DNA of 63,398 bases, filler included, from Octopus bimaculoides (taxonomy: Eukaryota): the NCBI RefSeq assembly GCF_001194135.2. It is 7 parts of 5 records of this genome, joined end to end, with 100 filler letters (N's around TTAATTAATTAA, not from the genome) between each part and the next. Parts side by side here need not be neighbours in the genome. Positions count along the whole stretch, not along the records: positions 17,691 to 30,152 come from NC_069003.1; positions 30,253 to 39,159 come from NC_068986.1; 5 more parts are not named here. One strand, written 5' to 3'. Numbering within the stretch: the first letter of the stretch is position 1; each line of letters begins with the position of its first letter. Positions 24,231 through 36,235 of this stretch are shown here, piece after piece. The notes beneath the pieces are model-generated. The model saw only the letters and a program-made list of their open reading frames with translations, was not told the DNA's origin and did not search any database. The position numbers and the translations under genes were made by a program.

Positions 24231-24277
24231 GTCTTACAGCTGTTTCTGGGATATTAAGATATCCCTTCATCAGAGAC
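24231..24277 (-). ncRNA. Penelope-type minimal type I hammerhead ribozyme (variant)
   Basis: Minus strand GTCT-CTGATGA-A-GGGATAT-CTTA-ATATCCC-A-GAA-ACAGCTGT-A-AGAC. Stem I is GTCT/AGAC, stem II has 7 bp, stem III is the palindrome ACAGCTGT, and the cleavage triplet is GUA. Confidence 0.7.
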
Positions 24278-24403
24278 GATATGAGAGAGTTAACTAGAGG
24301 GAAATAGTAGAGATCAATATAAGGAGTTGCTTTGGAAAAGGATGGATAGAGGAAGTATAAAGGGAATTAAAAGAATAAAAATAAATACATATATGTATAT
24401 ATA

Positions 24404-24685
24404 GATTTTGGTTTCCAAGTGGCTTCAATGCCATGGTTCAGTAGTAAAATTCCATTTTTTATTGGTTATGGTGTTTTTGCAGGGCAAATTGTTAGAAATA
24501 GTACTATTATTAATAATGCTAATAAATTTTGGGAAAGAATAGATAAACTGTTAAGACTTTTAATTAAACAAGGGTATAAATATGGTAAATTGGTTAAAAC
24601 TTTTCATCGCTGTTTAGGTGGGAAACTTGAAATTTTAAATAAATATGGGGTAATATCTAGTCTTCAGCTTAGTAAATATTTGTAA
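24404..24685 (+). mobile_element. Penelope-like element RT C-terminal fragment
   Basis: DFGFQVASMPWFSSKIP..GYGVFAGQIVR....F.ER...L...LIKQGY....L...F matches the PLE pattern DF.F.IVNFP.L.SNIP...AYGV..SQLIRY...KL..QGY. Confidence 0.65.
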
Positions 24686-24944
24686 GGATTTGGAAGGTGT
24701 ACGATTCGAGGAGACAATTGAGGAAGTAGTAATTACGCAATACGTCATCAATATCTAAATTGGTCCTTTTAATTCTTAGTGATGGAACCGCGTGTCAAAT
24801 AAAACGTGTTAATTCTTGTAGTTTTATTCTTCTAAACAGTTTTAATTAGCTTTAAACATAGCTAGGTTTTTTTAATAATAGCGAATTACAAGTACTTTTA
24901 TTATTTCCTATTTAATAAAATTTGATGTTTCTATTAGTTACTGG

Positions 24945-25676
24945 CATTGTAGTGTGCGATTGTCACATTGACCATGACAGAGGAAGTTTAGCAGAAAATC
25001 TACATTAGATTTTGCCAAAAGTTTGGCGATACTTGCTTAGAGGCCTACACAAAGTTTTCAAAAAGTTTTCATCGTTCTCGACACAATCAAGTAGATTTTG
25101 TGTAACTGAAACCCGGGTGTCTTTTTGCTAAGTTGTAAGTCGTTTTGGCACAAACTTGGCAGACACGCGTCTCATACCCAAACCTTCAGTAGTAATGGAC
25201 TGAACTGAACCGCAACTAATCTACACATCCTCTGATAACTCACAGATAGGGATTCGACGATTTCCCCTTATAGCTGCACGCACATCTGCGATATTATTCT
25301 CAGTTTTGTTGATTGCGGTTCTCCCAGAACGTTCGTCACTAACGACACTTTTTCGGCCATCTTGAAAACGCCTGAACCACTCGTACACTTATGTGCGGCT
25401 CATATACTCCTCTCCATACACTTTCTGCAACTATGCGCAAGCCTCTGAGAAGGTATCGCCATGACAACTTTCTCTGTCATGGTCAATGCGACGATCACAT
25501 GCTACACACTTTCCCTCCAGGCACTGCCGTAAACAGCGGAAGTGAACTAAAACATGAAAACTTAGTGTGCATGCACAACACAGTTCAAAGTCAATCTTTG
25601 CCGAGCAGTTTTACTCTGCGTACATTAGCTTCGTTACTACGGCAACAGTTCGGATACTTATTGATTAAACCTCGTA
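24945..25676 (-). mobile_element. Mariner transposon 5' half (TIR + HTH region), decayed
   Basis: TA-cgaggtttaatcaataagtatccgaac TIR. The frame reads VYGEEYMSRT.VYEWFRRFQDGRKSV.SDERSGR..ELSED..IS.GSVQSI..EGLGMRRVSAKFVPKRLT (WVP-like motif). Confidence 0.88.
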
Positions 25677-26068
25677 TGATGTGGATTTTCCGACTATTTT
25701 CCACTTTATCGTATGTGGTGTGGCGTTCGATTTAAAACCCCATATGTGGATAACCAACTTAGTAACTTTCCTGTTGTCCCTGTGTCGGAAGAAGATATCT
25801 GATTAGCGTGGGGATTTTAAAATTCTCCTTTACATAGTCCGATATAGCTCTTATCGGTTTTATTATTATCTAGCGTTGATGAAACCTCTGTCACATATAC
25901 GACGGATTTAATCATACATCACTGGTCGAGTGGACAGGTATCTGAGTCTCGACAGTTGCAACTTGGAATGGGCTCTTAGTGTTGGTCTCGTGTCATGATA
26001 CTCTATATTGGGGCAGCAGCTATATGATAATTTCACTGAGCGCCTGTTAAATTAATATATAATCCCTC

Positions 26069-26069
<1 letters not shown>

Positions 26070-26130
<61 letters not shown>
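26070..26130. repeat. (ATA)n microsatellite
   Basis: About 20 units. Confidence 0.95.
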
Positions 26131-29037
26131 GACCTAAAAGTAGACTTAGGAAAATAATTTGGTTCAACCTTCTCTTTTCCCTTAACGTAAAAATTAACAT
26201 ACGTAAAAATTAACATACGTAAAAAATTCTTGTCTCTCCGAGACAAACATTTTTTAGAAAATCGCAGAAAGTCTCCAAGGACTATTTTCTAAAGTACGTG
26301 GAGAACAAAATATTCTTTGTTGAGACTATCACTAAAATGAACGTATTGGAATATAGAATGTTGGTTTTGCAATAAAACTTTATGGGTAGATCAGGATCGA
26401 TTCCATACCTAACTGATTTAAACTTGCTACTGGTAACCATGTGATTCAACGCCACCTGCTCATGGCAACTAAACCAGGCCCCCTGCAGACCTTACCCAAT
26501 GGGAACAATGTGGGGGTGACAGCCCGTAGACTTGCATAAATTATTCTAATTTTGGCACAAGGCCGCAGCTCAACTGGCACTTGTTTTATCGCCCTCTAAA
26601 CGATGAAAGTAAGGTCGACCTCGACGGCATTCGAACGAACCCAGAATGTAAAAGCCTGAAAAAATGTCACTGAGCATTTTATTCGGTACGGTAGTGATTC
26701 TCCTGTCGACTTAAATAACAGAACCTGTTAGAAAAGATAGAATCCCTTGAGAACCAATGCCTCCTCATACTTACGGAGGAGATGATGAGATCTACAGGAT
26801 TACCAAGAGAAGCAATATTCTAAAATGAGAGCAAATTCCACAAAAACACACAAAGGTAAATACGAATCATCCATGGACTTCCATAGTTCCTGTCTACACA
26901 GCTTTTGTTGTTCAATATTACCACATGGATGGATCGAACGAAGAACCACGTAGTTGCGCTGACGAACTTCTTAAGGACACGGTCAAACCTTTCCCAGTCC
27001 GAGACCGGGGTTTTCAAATCACTCTGCTACATCAAAGTTTCCAGCGGTTCCTGGAAAATTATCAAACTAATTAGAATAAACACGTCTACCTACGTTTGGG
27101 CCACCAAGGGAACAAACAGGTATCAATTGTTAAATGGCAAATTCTTTAGGTCCTTTTGGTGATGATGGTAATCGGTCTTTGGATCGGACTAATGAAGTTT
27201 CCATTGGTTTTCTAAGTTGCTGTTATTGTTTGTCGGTCGCAACTTCTGGCATAAATGTCAACGTCTTCTGGTGGCGGATGGAGTTTGAACTCAGAATACC
27301 GATAGATGCATAAGCATTTAAATCACGGTCAGCTAGTCTTCTTTGCTTTGTTTGTTTCTTTTTTGCATTGTCGTCAAGCCAATCTATATAAATTAATCAA
27401 TGTACCCTCACCATCCCCTTCCTTCCACATGCTACAAAGTGAAGGAAACTTCGGCTCGTATTTCTAATCATAAGTCCAAAAAACCACGCAATGGCTTTCT
27501 TCGTCATCTCGTTGTGCAACCAGGATGCATTCAATCGGTTACCGACACGTTATGATGACGACTCCCTCCATCCCCACTAGCCCCTACCTCTCCCTTTCTC
27601 TCTCAGTTTTGCACTGTTTCCATCCTCCATCATGATTCACCAGTAAATTAAACATCACCAAAAGCAATGTTTACACACCGTCGACAACTAGTCACGCATA
27701 CACACGTTCATAGCGTCCGGTCTTCTATATTAAAATACCCAGAAATACCAATTCTCTCTTAAGCAACAAACTCGGAACGAATTCTTTTACTTTCGGCGTG
27801 ACATCATCAGCATCTGACCAATGGTATTTTCACACGTCATTTAGGTCCGGCGGATCCTTGTTTACCCACTGTATCATTTCCGATTTTTTCGTATTTTTTT
27901 TTTCCACAAACATACGCTTTTTCTTTCGTTTTGGATTGGTAATTTTTTCTTGGCAGGGGGGGGGGAGATCATACAAAATCTTGAAATATCCTTTAATAAG
28001 ATTATACCAGTGTGTGTATCTGTATGTGTGCGTTTGTGTGTGTGTTTGTGTGTGTGTGTGTGTACATGTACATGAATGAATGTGTGCGCATATGCATATA
28101 CGCCGGTATGTAGGTTTCTATGTGAATGAATGTGGGTGCACATGAATGCAAGGTATATGTGTAGTTATATATACATATCTATATATATGTATGCATTTAT
28201 ATATATATATATGTATATGTATATATANNNNNNNNNNNNNNNNNNNNNNNNNNNNNNNNNNNNNNNNNNNNNNNNNNNNNNNNNNNNNNNNNNNNNNNNN
28301 NNNNNNNNNNNNNNNNNNNNNNNNNNNNNNNNNNNNNNNNNNNNNNNNNNNNNNNNNNNNNNNNNNNNNNNNNNNNNNNNNNNNNNNNNNNNNNNNNNNN
28401 NNNNNNNNNNNNNNNNNNNNNNNNNNNNNNNNNNNNNNNNNNNNNNNNNNNNNNNNNNNNNNNNNNNNNNNNNNNNNNNNNNNNNNNNNNNNNNNNNNNN
28501 NNNNNNNNNNNNNNNNNNNNNNNNNNNNNNNNNNNNNNNNNNNNNNNNNNNNNNNNNNNNNNNNNNNNNNNNNNNNNNNNNNNNNNNNNNNNNNNNNNNN
28601 NNNNNNNNNNNNNNNNNNNNNNNNNNNNNNNNNNNNNNNNNNNNNNNNNNNNNNNNNNNNNNNNNNNNNNNNNNNNNNNNNNNNNNNNNNNNNNNNNNNN
28701 NNNNNNNNNNNNNNNNNNNNNNNNNNNNNNNNNNNNNNNNNNNNNNNNNNNNNNNNNNNNNNNNNNNNNNNNNNNNNNNNNNNNNNNNNNNNNNNNNNNN
28801 NNNNNNNNNNNNNNNNNNNNNNNNNNNNNNNNNNNNNNNNNNNNNNNNNNNNNNNNNNNNNNNNNNNNNNNNNNNNNNNNNNNNNNNNNNNNNNNNNNNN
28901 NNNNNNNNNNNNNNNNNNNNNNNNNNNNNNNNNNNNNNNNNNNNNNNNNNNNNNNNNNNNNNNNNNNNNNNNNNNNNNNNNNNNNNNNNNNNNNNNNNNN
29001 NNNNNNNNNNNNNNNNNNNNNNNNNNNNNNNNNNNNA

Positions 29038-29068
<31 letters not shown>

Positions 29069-29394
29069 GTATGTAAGTATATATATATACACGTGTTTAT
29101 ATATACGTATGTATATGTTTATATGCACATGTACACATATATATGCACACACACACACATAATCACTGATATAAATCTCGGTTGATTGGTTGGTTGATGA
29201 TTGATTTATCCAATGGCGCTTACATCATATAGAAACGGGTGGAGAGAGAGAGAGAGAGAGAGAGGGACAGAGAGAGAGAGACAGAGAGAGAGAGTTAACG
29301 GAAGAATTGCAGGATGAGTGCAATTACTAGGCTTGTTGACACGCAATGAGTAGATTACGATTCTGTTAATAAAATGAAGGAAAATAACGATTTC

Positions 29395-29597
29395 AAATTT
29401 TGGCACAAGGCCAGCAATTTCGGGGGCAAGGTAAGTCGATTACATCGACCTCAGCACTCAACCGGTCCTTATTTCATCGGCCCCGAAAGGATGAAAGGCA
29501 AAGTCGACCTCGGCGGAAATTAAACTCAGAACGTAAAGACGGACGAAATGCAGCTAAGCATTTCGCCAGCCGTGCTAACGATTCTGCCAGCTCGCCA
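29395..29597 (-). mobile_element. tRNA-headed SINE family C copy (fragments at about 13370, 16030, 26545, 43660, 54715, 56040)
   Basis: Minus strand ggcgagctggcagaatcgttagc..gtcgactttgcctttcatcctttcgggg..ccagt..ctgaggtcgatgtaatcgact, a recurrent central domain. Confidence 0.8.
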
Positions 29598-29834
29598 TAT
29601 ATTTATTGCAAATATAAAAGTGAGGAATTTATTTTATTTAATTTTAATTTAATGTAATAATTATTTTTCTTTCGAAAACTATTATCTATGTCATCATTTA
29701 TTTCATCATGTATAAGCATCCAGGAATTTGATAAAAGTTATAATTATCGTTTGTATTCCATATTTCCTCGTAATATACATGATGACAAAAAATACCTGCA
29801 AAGTTTCAATCATGAGTAGCAATCTCGTATATAT

Positions 29835-30140
29835 ATGGTTAGAGCGTCGAGCTTTCGATCGTGAGGTTGTGAGTTCGATTCCCGGACCAGGCTGCGTGTT
29901 GTGTTCTTGAGCAAGACACTTTATTTCGCGTTGCTTCAGTTCACTCAGCCGTAGAAATGAGTTGCGACGTCACTGGTGCCAAGCTATATCGACCTTTACT
30001 TTTCTCTTGGATAACATCGGTGGCGTGGAGAAGGGAGGCTGGTATGCATGGGCGACTGCTGGTCTTGTGTCCGGACTTGTGCCTCAGAGGGTAACTTTGT
30101 AGCTGCAATCCCATGGTCATTCATGACAGAAGGGGGTCTC
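29835..30140 (+). mobile_element. tRNA-derived SINE family A copy
   Basis: Head ggttagagcgtcgagctttcgatcgtgaggttgtgagttcgattccc with A/B boxes, then ttcttgagcaagacacttt..cactcagc.gtagaaatgagt. An inverted copy lies at 61421-61685. Confidence 0.85.
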
Positions 30141-30644
30141 CGATACATATATNNNNNNNNNNNNNNNNNNNNNNNNNNNNNNNNNNNNNNNNNNNNTTAA
30201 TTAATTAANNNNNNNNNNNNNNNNNNNNNNNNNNNNNNNNNNNNNNNNNNNNATATATATATATATATACCTATAATGAGGGATGACCACTAAGTGGACA
30301 TCCATTATGCTACAAAATGGATCACCTACGATCTAACCATAAAGAAAAGAGTGTTCTCTAGAAAAATTCAACAAATACTATAACATACGCAGGTAAGCAA
30401 ATGAAGATATACAAAACAGAGAATTAATCGTAGACCGGTTTCGCCATTAACTACTTTACTTACGTAAAAACGCCCGCGGCTCGTTAGTAGGACTGTTCTA
30501 ATTCAATATTATCTGCAGAAATATACACGAGTTGTCCTCATAAAATTAGACGTGTGTACAGTGCTACCGATTACATTGAGGTTATTTTCAAATGTCTCAG
30601 CTCTGGCGCATACATATAGATATATAGATAGTTAGATAGATAGG

Positions 30645-30695
<51 letters not shown>

Positions 30696-31521
30696 NNNNN
30701 NNNNNTGGAGGAATGTAGTGGCGGACATATATATATATATATATATATATACGTGTGTGTGTGTGTGTGTGTGTGTTCATTTATTCATATGCACACATAC
30801 TTATGCTCATCACAGTAAGGTGGTTGTAAAGCATAATTCGTGAAGTCTGTTTAACATAAATTGTCGTTGCATGCCGTTCACTACTATAGGAAGATGCAAG
30901 AATCCCTTTTCTACATTCCAACAGGTTATCACATATTAGAACCCAATTCCTCCCCGCACCGGTCTATTCTGCCAGTTGAGCGCTCAGTAGATTATCATTA
31001 TATTTTCGTCAAATCTATGGAAATCTCAATTCTTCCATGACGAAATGTTTCTTACGTTAATCAGATGTGCTCGAGTTTGTGTACGTTGTATTGTCTACAT
31101 GCAGATTCCTCATCCTCGCACTTCGCCTCCTTGTACACCTTTGCATTATTTCCAGAACTGTGACGATTATGATTTTAGTATAGTAATAATATGTTTAGAA
31201 ACACTTTAAGTATATAAAAATCGGAAACTAGCACGATGTCAAATAAGAATAAGGCATAATATATTTGGTTGTATATGGAACCAAACCCGTGGTTGAGTGG
31301 TTAGAAAGCACACTGGGTTAGTATATAGTGTCGTGTTCAGTCTTAGGTGCAATGCGCGTCATAATGATGAATTTGACTTCTACATTATCTCCGAGTTCGT
31401 GAGAGAATTTCATCGACGGAGACATCGGGTAGCCTGAAAGAACCGAACTCATGTTATCGTAGTCATACAGTAATTCCTGGAATCCAATTACAGCTATTCA
31501 GCCGACCCGCGTTATGTTATA

Positions 31522-31575
<54 letters not shown>

Positions 31576-32068
31576 NNNNNNNNNNNNNNNNNNNNNNNNN
31601 NNNNNNNNNNNNNNNNNNNNNNNNNNNNNNNNNNNNNNNNNNNNNNNNNNNNNNNNNNNNNNNNNNNNNNNNNNNNNNNNNNNNNNNNNNNNNNNNNNNN
31701 NNNNNNNNNNNNNNNNNNNNNNNNNNNNNNNNNNNNNNNNNNNNNNNNNNNNNNNNNNNNNNNNNNNNNNNNNNNNNNNNNNNNNNNNNNNNNNNNNNNN
31801 NNNNNNNNNNNNNNNNNNNNNNNNNNNNNNNNNNNNNNNNNNNNNNNNNNNNNNNNNNNNNNNNNNNNNNNNNNNNNNNNNNNNNNNNNNNNNNNNNNNN
31901 NNNNNNNNNNNNNNNNNNNNNNNNNNNNNNNNNNNNNNNNNNNNNNNNNNNNNNNNNNNNNNNNNNNNNNNNNNNNNNNNNNNNNNNNNNNNNNNNNNNN
32001 NNNNNNNNNNNNNNNNNNNNNNNNNNNNNNNNNNNNNNNNNNNNNNNNNNNNNNNNNNNNNNNNNNNN

Positions 32069-32104
<36 letters not shown>

Positions 32105-33399
32105 TGTGTTTGTGTTTCTCTCTTCAGCCATGATTTGTTTAATTCTCTGTAGCGTTCTGATTCGACAAAAGAGCACTACATAGTAAGTATTGTGCTGGAT
32201 TTGTTTCTCTAAAATTGTCAACGAGCTGCCTCAGCATGGCCTCTGTCATATGACATAAAAAACGTAAATGATAAAAGAGATAAGAAAGGAAAATAATCCC
32301 AGAAATTGTTCATTCGAAAGTTCTAAAATATACAGTATATTAAATGGAGTATAATACCGCAGTATGGCCTGTTTCGAAAACAAATGGACAGAGAGGAAGG
32401 AAGGAAGTCAGCATGGAAGCAAACTACAGCTCAAAATATTTGGACTAAAATCAGAATCGGATTATCTGAATTTAGATGCAATATATAAAATATCATAGCG
32501 GAAAGAGCACACGCTTATGAAGTGTATGCTACAAATCAACACAAAGTTTGAGTTGATTATTGGCTCTTATCCAGTTCTTGTGACGACCATAGAATGTATT
32601 CATATATGTGATCGTTTAGTCAAGTATATTTATTGGGCGCTGTGCCAAATGGTCAAAATGAACACTTAGAATAAGATGTCTTAGTATATATTAAATCTTG
32701 TATGTGACATCAATAAAACCGGGACACGTCTTTACTAGGCTATCAAGAAGATAAAACGGAATATTTCAGGTATCATAATCATAAATTGAAATAAAAGTAT
32801 TTGTACTCTTAACAGATGCATGGATCATCGTTCACAACATTGAATGCAGAATTTAGTTTTAAAATTATACAGCACGTATTATATTGTTTCATCCGCTAAT
32901 ATAATAGACAAATTTAGTATGGCATAAGTGCAACAGATTTTTCACCTGAAAAAATCATGATTCACGTGCAACATATAATTCCATTATCCATAAGGGAGAT
33001 TTCACGCCCTTTGACAGTATGCTGGGATAGTCATTTAATATCTTTTAAATTCCACATTACCATTTTAAAGAAATGCGAATGCATGTGAAAATGTATAAGT
33101 TGGTATACGTGATCATAGCGTTGATAATTATTGAAAATATTTCTATCTCATATCAAATCGATAGGAGCTAACCTGGGGTTCAGGACGACAACAGCAGCAA
33201 ATATTAGTCACCATATCACATTTGAAATGTCCATCCAGTGAGATATATTGAGATATATATTTTACGGAAGATGCATTATAATTTAGATATGAAATGCATA
33301 TGAAGCTTTGTATGCAAAACTAGTAACAAAACGGGACCAGAAACTAAAGATACGAAGATGTATAAAAGTTCTTGAGCCCCCAAAAAGTTTAAAAAACAT

Positions 33400-34200
33400 G
33401 GTACAAGACAACTGATGAAGGTACAAGACTCAAAGTCCTTGAAGGCTCAAACCTTTTCATACACTTCTCGTATATCAAGAAAGAAACATTATCACATATC
33501 ACAAAATAAATACAAACTCCAAACAAGTTACCGTTGTACCTCTCCAAATAAATATGGAATAGCAGGACCATTTCTTTCTCTATTTTTTTTTCCAGCAAAA
33601 TATTAAGTACTATTTTGGTTTGCAAAAATGACCATGTTTTCCTATTCCTTTTTCACGCATGACCAAATTTACTCTCGAATCACAGATAGTTCTCCCCCAT
33701 TTCTGATACCGCAACATGCTATCCCCCGCCAGCCACCATAGTGGGAGTAATTCAAATTGAAGCGCTAACATCCAATTAAGAATACTATTTCTGAGGTAGA
33801 TTTCTTTAACCATAATTGCATTGCTTTTGCAGAATTGTTTTACTGAACAATTACTTTATTCTATCCCAAGAATAATTACTATTTCAGAAAGTAGTGGATT
33901 TTTCACACCTCATAAAATGGCCACGTCCAGCAGATAGAATGGCATTACATGCCTTGTTTCCAAGTCATCCGTGAGTCGCTTTTGATACAATTCACTTAAA
34001 AACTCAAACAATCTTTGCGAACGTAAAATTTTCCGGATCTTGTATCTTGATTCATTCGATTGTTTTTGAACCGGAACTCAATATATTTACCAAAATTGTC
34101 CAAACGAGTATCTGTAATGATTTTTCACAGTCAACAGAATCTATCAAAACGCTTACGGTTCACATCACATATTTCAAACAACAGTTGTTTTATTTCTAAA
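33400..34200 (-). mobile_element. Possible very old L1/Tx1-like RT remnant
   Basis: Only faint motifs (SVDCEKSLQILVWTIL..W.K; KQG) amid many stops. Confidence 0.25.
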
Positions 34201-35324
34201 AAATAATCTTTTGATGAATTCGGTAGCAATGCTGCAGTCCTTCTTTCATTCCTTCTTCCTTCCTTCCTTCCTTCCTTCCTTCCTTTCTTTCTTTCTTTCT
34301 TTCTTCCTTTTTTACTATCTTTCTTTGTGTCTTTCTTTCTTTCATGGTAACAGTCAATATTCAGTGAGCGCTGTGAGAAAGGGCACGGGCCAGTTCTATA
34401 AACTAAGTTCGAAAACTTTCATTTTCGCTCCTTCCGTTCTCAAAACACACTGAAGAATGTTATGCAACCTGTTTCTTCTGTCCGTATTCCAGAAATATTT
34501 ATTAATCAACATTTAGATATAGCATACTCATTCTAAATAAATACTACCGTCACTAGCATACGTATATTTACATTATATAAATAGCGCAGTCTTCTGTTAT
34601 TGGCTGGATCGACAAAATAATGTGCCCCATCCCGAGAGATATGAATATCATTTAATAAACAAGATTCAAATGAGAGTCAGTATAATTTACAGAGTAGAAC
34701 ACGGCTCATTACGCAAGATGCTAGTTCAATCGACTGTTGACTTATCCGAGTATGCTAGGTATTGTCGCGCGCATTTAAATTCTATATTTATTAAATTATC
34801 TCTCTCTCTTTCTCTCTCTCTCCCCCTCTCTCTCTCTCTCATTCTCTCTCTTTCTCTCTCGCTCTCTCTCTTCATGTATCTATCTATCTATCAATCTATT
34901 TATCTATCATTCTATCTATCTATTTATATAATGATACATATTTATAAACACTCGCACAAAGACGCAAGCATATAGACAGACAATCACACTCACATATGTA
35001 CATTTCTTTTTCTCTCTATTTTTGTTTGAAATATTTTGTCTTCAAGTGACTAAATATTCGTTGTCTTAGAATAGTCAAAGTTATCTAACACTAAATAATG
35101 TAACTCGGACAACAATAAATTTCACATAATTGGTATCGCATAACATTTAAAAGAATTTTGTAAAAACATTGCAGAAGCGTTAAATGGAGTTGTCTACTTA
35201 AAATTGAACTGTCAATTACACTCTAGTTTTTATGGTCTTACCAACAGTTATCTCCCCTCTAGCTGTCAGTCTGTGTATAGGTTTGTCTCACCTACTTATG
35301 CACAGCTATCTCATCCCAATGTGT

Positions 35325-35356
<32 letters not shown>

Positions 35357-36197
35357 NNNNNNNNNNNNNNNNNNNNNNNNNNNNNNNNNNNNNNNNNNNN
35401 NNNNNNNNNNNNNNNNNNNNNNNNNNNNNNNNNNNNNNNNNNNNNNNNNNNNNNNNNNNNNNNNNNNNNNNNNNNNNNNNNNNNNNNNNNNNNNNNNNNN
35501 NNNNNNNNNNNNNNNNNNNNNNNNNNNNNNNNNNNNNNNNNNNNNNNNNNNNNNNNNNNNNNNNNNNNNNNNNNNNNNNNNNNNNNNNNNNNNNNNNNNN
35601 NNNNNNNNNNNNNNNNNNNNNNNNNNNNNNNNNNNNNNNNNNNNNNNNNNNNNNNNNNNNNNNNNNNNNNNNNNNNNNNNNNNNNNNNNNNNNNNNNNNN
35701 NNNNNNNNNNNNNNNNNNNNNNNNNNNNNNNNNNNNNNNNNNNNNNNNNNNNNNNNNNNNNNNNNNNNNNNNNNNNNNNNNNNNNNNNNNNNNNNNNNNN
35801 NNNNNNNNNNNNNNNNNNNNNNNNNNNNNNNNNNNNNNNNNNNNNNNNNNNNNNNNNNNNNNNNNNNNNNNNNNNNNNNNNNNNNNNNNNNNNNNNNNNN
35901 NNNNNNNNNNNNNNNNNNNNNNNNNNNNNNNNNNNNNNNNNNNNNNNNNNNNNNNNNNNNNNNNNNNNNNNNNNNNNNNNNNNNNNNNNNNNNNNNNNNN
36001 NNNNNNNNNNNNNNNNNNNNNNNNNNNNNNNNNNNNNNNNNNNNNNNNNNNNNNNNNNNCTTTGTGTCAGTTAAATACGCTTAAATACTAATTATTCCGT
36101 TTACTGACGATATTTTTTTGATAATATTTTCTTCACAATCTAGCAATATTTAGACTCAGAATGAAATCTAATAGAAATCCAACTTAACGTCCGTACA

Positions 36198-36235
<38 letters not shown>

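Noticed and set aside
29835-29890. tRNA-like sequence (TCG anticodon-like loop)
   Set aside because: No complete acceptor stem, and it continues into a SINE body repeated at 61421-61685; a SINE head, not a tRNA gene.
30428-30470. Minus-strand ggcGAAACCGGTC resembling a hammerhead 3' half
   Set aside because: The CUGANGA core is absent.
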